NCBI GenBank assembly: GCA_902595535.1 | Contig: CACJQI010000003.1 | Span: 20,383-84,382, forward strand | Source: an uncultured Pelagibacteraceae bacterium | Lineage (GTDB): Bacteria; Pseudomonadota; Alphaproteobacteria; Pelagibacterales; Pelagibacteraceae | DNA length: 64,000 bases | Reading direction: 5' to 3' | In this document: piece by piece, positions 57,416-64,000 of the stretch | Layout of the letters: every line of letters starts with the position of its first letter | Numbering within the stretch: the first letter of the stretch is position 1 | Translations under genes and position numbers: made by a program | The notes under the pieces: model-generated | Seen by the model: only the letters and a program-made list of their open reading frames with translations | The model's database searches: none | Told to the model about the DNA's origin: nothing

Positions 57416-58534
57416 ATGAATATTAAAACGAATTTAAAAACATTAATTGTTAAAAACCCACTTAAGTTAGACTGTGGAAAAACAATTAAAGATTTTCCAA
57501 TTGCCTACGAAACTTATGGTTCTCTTAATTCACAAAAAGATAATGCAATATTAGTATTTCATGCATTAACAGGTGATCAATATGTATCTGGTACAAATCC
57601 TGTAACAAAAAAAGATGGTTGGTGGAGTTACGCCGTAGGTCCGGGTAAAGCTATAGATACAAATAAATATTTTGTTATTTGTTCAAATGTAATTGGAGGA
57701 TGTATGGGCTCCTTCGGACCTAGTGATATAGATCCTAAAAGCGGTAACATTCAAGGAACAAATTTTCCTGTCATTACTATTAACGATATGGTCAACGCTC
57801 AGTATAATCTACTTGATCATTTTGGGATTGATAAATTATTTTCTGTAGCAGGTGGCTCTATGGGAGGAATGCAAGTTCTACAATTTATAAGTAACTTTCC
57901 AGATAAATCTAGAACCGTAATACCGATTGCAACAACTTCAAGTCACTCAGCTCAAAATATAGCTTTTAATGAATTAGGAAGACAAGCAATCATGGCTGAC
58001 AGTAATTGGAAAGAAGGAGATTATAGTTCTAATAATTCAAATCCAGGTAAAGGGTTAGCTGTTGCGAGAATGGCAGCACATATTACATATTTATCAAAAA
58101 AAGGTTTGCAGGAAAAATTTGGCAGAAAATTACAAGAAAGAGAAGATTTAAAATTTGGTTTTGATGCAGATTTTCAGATTGAAAGCTATCTAAGATATCA
58201 AGGCTCAGTCTTTGTTGATAGATTTGATGCAAATAGTTATCTTTATATAACTAGAGCTATGGATTATTTTGACCTAGCTAAACAATTTAATGGGAATCTG
58301 TCTGATGCATTTAAATTAACAAAAGCTAAATTTTTTATAATTTCTTTTACCTCAGATTGGCTTTACCCAACTCAAGAAAATAAAGATATTGTTATAGCTC
58401 TAAATTCTATCGGGGCTGATGTGGGATTTGTTGAAATAGAGTCGGATAAAGGACATGATTCATTCTTGTTAGATGTCCCAGATTTTTTAAATGCACTTAA
58501 AAACTTTTTGGATAAGTCATATGAAGAAAATTAA
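57416..58534 (+). CDS. metX: Homoserine O-acyltransferase
   Basis: HALTGD, NVIGGC, GGSMGG, GHDSFLL. Confidence 0.95.
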   Translation: MNIKTNLKTLIVKNPLKLDCGKTIKDFPIAYETYGSLNSQKDNAILVFHALTGDQYVSGTNPVTKKDGWWSYAVGPGKAIDTNKYFVICSNVIGGCMGSFGPSDIDPKSGNIQGTNFPVITINDMVNAQYNLLDHFGIDKLFSVAGGSMGGMQVLQFISNFPDKSRTVIPIATTSSHSAQNIAFNELGRQAIMADSNWKEGDYSSNNSNPGKGLAVARMAAHITYLSKKGLQEKFGRKLQEREDLKFGFDADFQIESYLRYQGSVFVDRFDANSYLYITRAMDYFDLAKQFNGNLSDAFKLTKAKFFIISFTSDWLYPTQENKDIVIALNSIGADVGFVEIESDKGHDSFLLDVPDFLNALKNFLDKSYEEN

Positions 58535-58536
58535 AT

Positions 58537-59133
58537 ATGAAAAATGAATTTAAAGTAATAGCTGATTTAATTGAAAAAGACAAAAAAGTTTTAGATGTTG
58601 GTTGTGCTGATGGAATTCTGATGAAATTTCTAAAAGATAACAAAAATGCAAATATAAGAGGATTGGAGATCTCAAAAGAAAAGGTTCAAGAATGTATTGC
58701 TAAGGGTTTAACTGTAATAGAAGGAAATGCTGAAAAAGACTTAAAGCAATTTCCAGATAAGTCATTTGATTATGTTATTTTAAGCCAAACACTTCAAGCT
58801 TTTTTAAATCCTGAGTTAGTTTTAAATGAACTTTTAAGAGTTGGTAAAAAAGCAATTATTACAATTCCTAATTTTGGTTACTGGAAAGTGAGACTTCACT
58901 TACTGCTTAAAGGTACAATGCCAATTACCAAAACATTGCCTGATGAATGGTACAACACACCAAACTTACATATGTGCACCATTAAAGATTTTGTTTATTT
59001 TGTTAAATCTAGAAATATAAAAATTTTTAAGTCAATAGCACTAAATAAACTAAATGCGTCATTAATAAACGAAAGAAACTTGGGAATTAAAAATTTATCT
59101 GCAGATCTAGGAATATTTTTAATAGAAAAATAA
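58537..59133 (+). CDS. metW: Methionine biosynthesis protein MetW
   Basis: LDVGCADG, LSQTLQA, PNFGYW, WYNTPN.H.CTI.DF. Confidence 0.95.
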   Translation: MKNEFKVIADLIEKDKKVLDVGCADGILMKFLKDNKNANIRGLEISKEKVQECIAKGLTVIEGNAEKDLKQFPDKSFDYVILSQTLQAFLNPELVLNELLRVGKKAIITIPNFGYWKVRLHLLLKGTMPITKTLPDEWYNTPNLHMCTIKDFVYFVKSRNIKIFKSIALNKLNASLINERNLGIKNLSADLGIFLIEK

Positions 59134-59134
59134 T

Positions 59135-59854
59135 ATGCGAGTTGAAATCATACCGTGTCTAAAAGACAATTATAGTTATTTAATTATTGATGATAGTAAC
59201 AAATCTGCCTGTGTAGTGGATCCAAGTGAAGCTATGCCAATTATAAATTATTTAAAAAACAAAGACATTGATTTAAAATATATTCTTAACACACATCATC
59301 ATTTTGATCATATTGGTGGTAATGATGATTTAAAAAAAAAATTTAGTTCTATTGTAGTTGGTTTTAAAAAAGATTCAGAAAGAATTCCTGGTATAGATAT
59401 TTTTTTAGAAGATGACCAAATATGGGAAGCTGAAAATTTTAAAGCTAAAATAATTCATGTTCCAGGACATACCACAGGTCATATATGTTTTAATTTTTTT
59501 CAAGAAAAGTTAGCTTTTACTGGAGACACTCTTTTTTCTCTTGGTTGTGGAAGGATATTTGAGGGAACTTATGAACAAATGTATGAGTCTCTTAATAAGA
59601 TAAAATCTTTGCCTAAAGAAACTAAAATTTATTGTGGTCATGAATACACTCTCAGCAATTCAAAATTTTGTATAAAAAATGATCCTAATAACCAAAATTT
59701 ACAAAAAAGAATTGAACTAATAAAAAAATTGATCTCTAATGGTCTACCCACAATCCCAACTACAATAAAAGAGGAATTAGATTGCAACATATTTTTAAGA
59801 GCAAAAAACCTGGAATCTTTCTCAAAATTGCGCGATTTAAAGGATAATTTTTAG
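59135..59854 (+). CDS. gloB: Hydroxyacylglutathione hydrolase
   Basis: THHHFDH, PGHT.GH, GDTLFSLGCGR, CGHEYT. Confidence 0.95.
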   Translation: MRVEIIPCLKDNYSYLIIDDSNKSACVVDPSEAMPIINYLKNKDIDLKYILNTHHHFDHIGGNDDLKKKFSSIVVGFKKDSERIPGIDIFLEDDQIWEAENFKAKIIHVPGHTTGHICFNFFQEKLAFTGDTLFSLGCGRIFEGTYEQMYESLNKIKSLPKETKIYCGHEYTLSNSKFCIKNDPNNQNLQKRIELIKKLISNGLPTIPTTIKEELDCNIFLRAKNLESFSKLRDLKDNF

Positions 59855-59919
59855 TTAATTCAACTTGACTAAAAACTTGCTAGAACTATATTGCGATAAC
59901 TTAAATATAAATTCATACT

Positions 59920-60333
59920 ATGTCTTACGCAGTAATAAAAACAGGTGGTAAACAGTACAAAGTTAAAGCTGGTGAAATTTTAAAAATTGAGAAATTACCA
60001 GATTCAAAACCTGATTCTAAAATAGAATTTAATGAGATACTTGCATATGGTGATGATAAAACTATAGAAATAGGTTCTCCAAATGTTGAAGGTGCAAAAG
60101 TAGAAGCTGATTTAATAAAAAATGGTAAAGATAGAACCATATTAATCTTCAAAAAAAGAAGAAGACACAATTCAAGAAGAAAAAATGGTCATAGACAAGA
60201 ACATACAATGATAAGAATTAATAAAATTTTTTCTAAAGATGGTAAAGTTTTATCTGAAGCAGAAAAAATAATTAAACCAACTAAAAAGGTTGAGGCTGAA
60301 GCAAAACCAAAAATTGAAGCTACGAGTAAATAA
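59920..60333 (+). CDS. rplU: 50S ribosomal protein L21
   Basis: YAVIKTGGKQYKV, GHRQ. Confidence 0.96.
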   Translation: MSYAVIKTGGKQYKVKAGEILKIEKLPDSKPDSKIEFNEILAYGDDKTIEIGSPNVEGAKVEADLIKNGKDRTILIFKKRRRHNSRRKNGHRQEHTMIRINKIFSKDGKVLSEAEKIIKPTKKVEAEAKPKIEATSK

Positions 60334-60345
60334 ATTAGGTAAATT

Positions 60346-60600
60346 ATGGCAACAAAAAAAGCAGGTGGATCATCGAGAAACGGACGAGATAGTGCTGGGC
60401 GAAGACTTGGTGTTAAAAAATACGGTGGTGAAGCAGTAATACCTGGAAATATAATTGTAAGACAAAGAGGAACTAAAATTTTTCCTGGTGAAAATGTAGG
60501 GATGGGTAAAGATCATTCAATTTTTTCAGTTGTAAAGGGCAAAGTTGTATTTAAAAAATCTAAAGCAGATAGAACTTTCGTATCAGTAAAACCCAATTAA
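60346..60600 (+). CDS. rpmA: 50S ribosomal protein L27
   Basis: [20 protein letters not shown]. Confidence 0.98.
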   Translation: MATKKAGGSSRNGRDSAGRRLGVKKYGGEAVIPGNIIVRQRGTKIFPGENVGMGKDHSIFSVVKGKVVFKKSKADRTFVSVKPN

Positions 60601-60603
60601 TAG

Positions 60604-62707
<2,104 letters not shown>

Positions 62708-62708
62708 A

Positions 62709-63959
62709 ATGAATAAATTTATGAATTTAATTGGAGTGAAGGCTAGAAAAGCTTCTGAGATAAAAATAGATACTAAAACCAAGAATAAAGTTTTAAACGA
62801 CTATGCTTTGTTACTTGATAAAGAAAAAAAAAATATTCTAATTCAAAACAAAAAAGATGTTAATCTTGCAAAGAAAAATAAGATTAAAGAAAATTTGATA
62901 AATAGATTAAGTATCGACCCAATTAAATTGAAAGGTATCAAAGACTCAATTAAAAAAATTTCAAAATTAAAAGATCCAGTTAATGCAACTTTAGAAAAAT
63001 GGAGTAGGCCTAATGGATTAAATATAAAGAGAGTATCAGTTCCAATAGGTGTGATTGGAGTTATTTATGAAAGTAGACCAAATGTTACGTCAGATGTAGC
63101 TGGTCTATGTTTTAAATCTGGAAATCCAGTAATTCTTAAAGGTGGATCTGAGGCTATAAATACTAATAGAATTTTAGCAAATCTATTTCGTAAAGCTCTA
63201 AAGAAAAATAAAGTAAATGAAAATTATATTCAATTTATTGACTCCAAAGATAGAAAAATGGTCGACATAATGCTTTCTAAAATGGATAAATTTATTGATG
63301 TAATAATTCCTAGGGGAGGAAAAAATTTAGTTAAAAGAGTTCAAGATTTTTCTAAAGTTCCTATTATCGGTCATTTGGAAGGTTTATGTCATACATATAT
63401 TGATAAAGATGCAGAATTAAAAATGGCTATTAATATTGTTTATAATGCGAAATTAAGAAATACAAGTATTTGTGGTGCAACAGAAACAATTCTAATGCAT
63501 GAAAAGATTGTTAAAAAATTTTGTAATCCAATATTAAAAAAACTTGAGGATAACAATTGTAAAATTTATGGAGATAATTTTATAAAAAAATATTACTCAG
63601 GAACTTTATATCCAGCTAAAGAAAAAAACTGGTCTACTGAATATTTAACTGCAGCCGTATCTGTTAAGGTTGTTAAAAATTTAAAACAAGCAATTAACCA
63701 TATAAATCGATATGGGACTATGCACACAGATTCTATTGTTACAAAAAATAAAAAAACTGCTGCACAATTTATGAAAAATATTAAAAGTTCTATCGCAATG
63801 CATAATACTTCTACTCAATTTGCTGATGGCGGTGAATTTGGTTTTGGAGGTGAGGTTGGTATATCAACAAATACTTTACCACCAAGAGGTCCTGTTGGCT
63901 TAGAACAATTAGTTTCTTATAAATATGAAATTTCAAGTCAGGGAAAGATAAGAGATTAG
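62709..63959 (+). CDS. proA: Gamma-glutamyl phosphate reductase
   Basis: ESRPNV, LKGGSE, HLEGLCH, CGATET, FADGGEFG.G.EVGIST. Likely start 62709. Confidence 0.96.
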   Translation: MNKFMNLIGVKARKASEIKIDTKTKNKVLNDYALLLDKEKKNILIQNKKDVNLAKKNKIKENLINRLSIDPIKLKGIKDSIKKISKLKDPVNATLEKWSRPNGLNIKRVSVPIGVIGVIYESRPNVTSDVAGLCFKSGNPVILKGGSEAINTNRILANLFRKALKKNKVNENYIQFIDSKDRKMVDIMLSKMDKFIDVIIPRGGKNLVKRVQDFSKVPIIGHLEGLCHTYIDKDAELKMAINIVYNAKLRNTSICGATETILMHEKIVKKFCNPILKKLEDNNCKIYGDNFIKKYYSGTLYPAKEKNWSTEYLTAAVSVKVVKNLKQAINHINRYGTMHTDSIVTKNKKTAAQFMKNIKSSIAMHNTSTQFADGGEFGFGGEVGISTNTLPPRGPVGLEQLVSYKYEISSQGKIRD

Positions 63960-63960
63960 A

Positions 63961-64000
63961 TTGAAAAAAAAAGTTAAAATTGGGATTTTGGGTGGATCTT
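63961..64000 (+). CDS. nadD: Nicotinate-nucleotide adenylyltransferase, N-terminal fragment
   Basis: TTG start gives MKKKVKIGILGGS(F), the beginning of the GGSFDP motif. The proB-proA-nadD order is typical of alphaproteobacteria. Confidence 0.75.
   Translation, partial: MKKKVKIGILGGS

Overview
AT-rich alphaproteobacterial chromosome segment. Gene content, gene order and protein similarity point to Candidatus Pelagibacter (SAR11); this assignment is an inference. From about 8.3 kb to 64 kb it is ordinary streamlined core genome: DEAD helicase, typA, tldD/pmbA, ptrB, hsp20, RND efflux, gpmA, murU/amgK, tsaE, ahcY, chvG/chvI, polA, regA, a polyamine operon, lysS, metX/metW, rplU/rpmA/obgE and proBA. 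That part also carries a clear SAM-II riboswitch before metX and a likely RpoH promoter plus ROSE-type RNA thermometer before hsp20. The first ~8.2 kb is an accessory island. It holds a type I restriction-modification operon (hsdM-hsdS-hsdR start) and, at about 3.2-7.6 kb, an array of seven co-oriented minus-strand genes for small secreted or membrane proteins. These genes are separated by mosaic copies of one repeated module: a leader with a conserved short uORF, 12-bp TGCAATGAACTT direct repeats, a conserved promoter-like core, and a GC hairpin with a U-tract. Homology between copies breaks at the 12-bp repeats. This looks like a recombination-shuffled, integron-like but attC-less gene-cassette array, possibly with a small opposite-strand RNA in each module. 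It is the best candidate for an undescribed system here, although no recombinase is visible in the window. No tRNA, rRNA, CRISPR array or transposase was seen. All product calls come from motif and family recognition by eye, not database searches.
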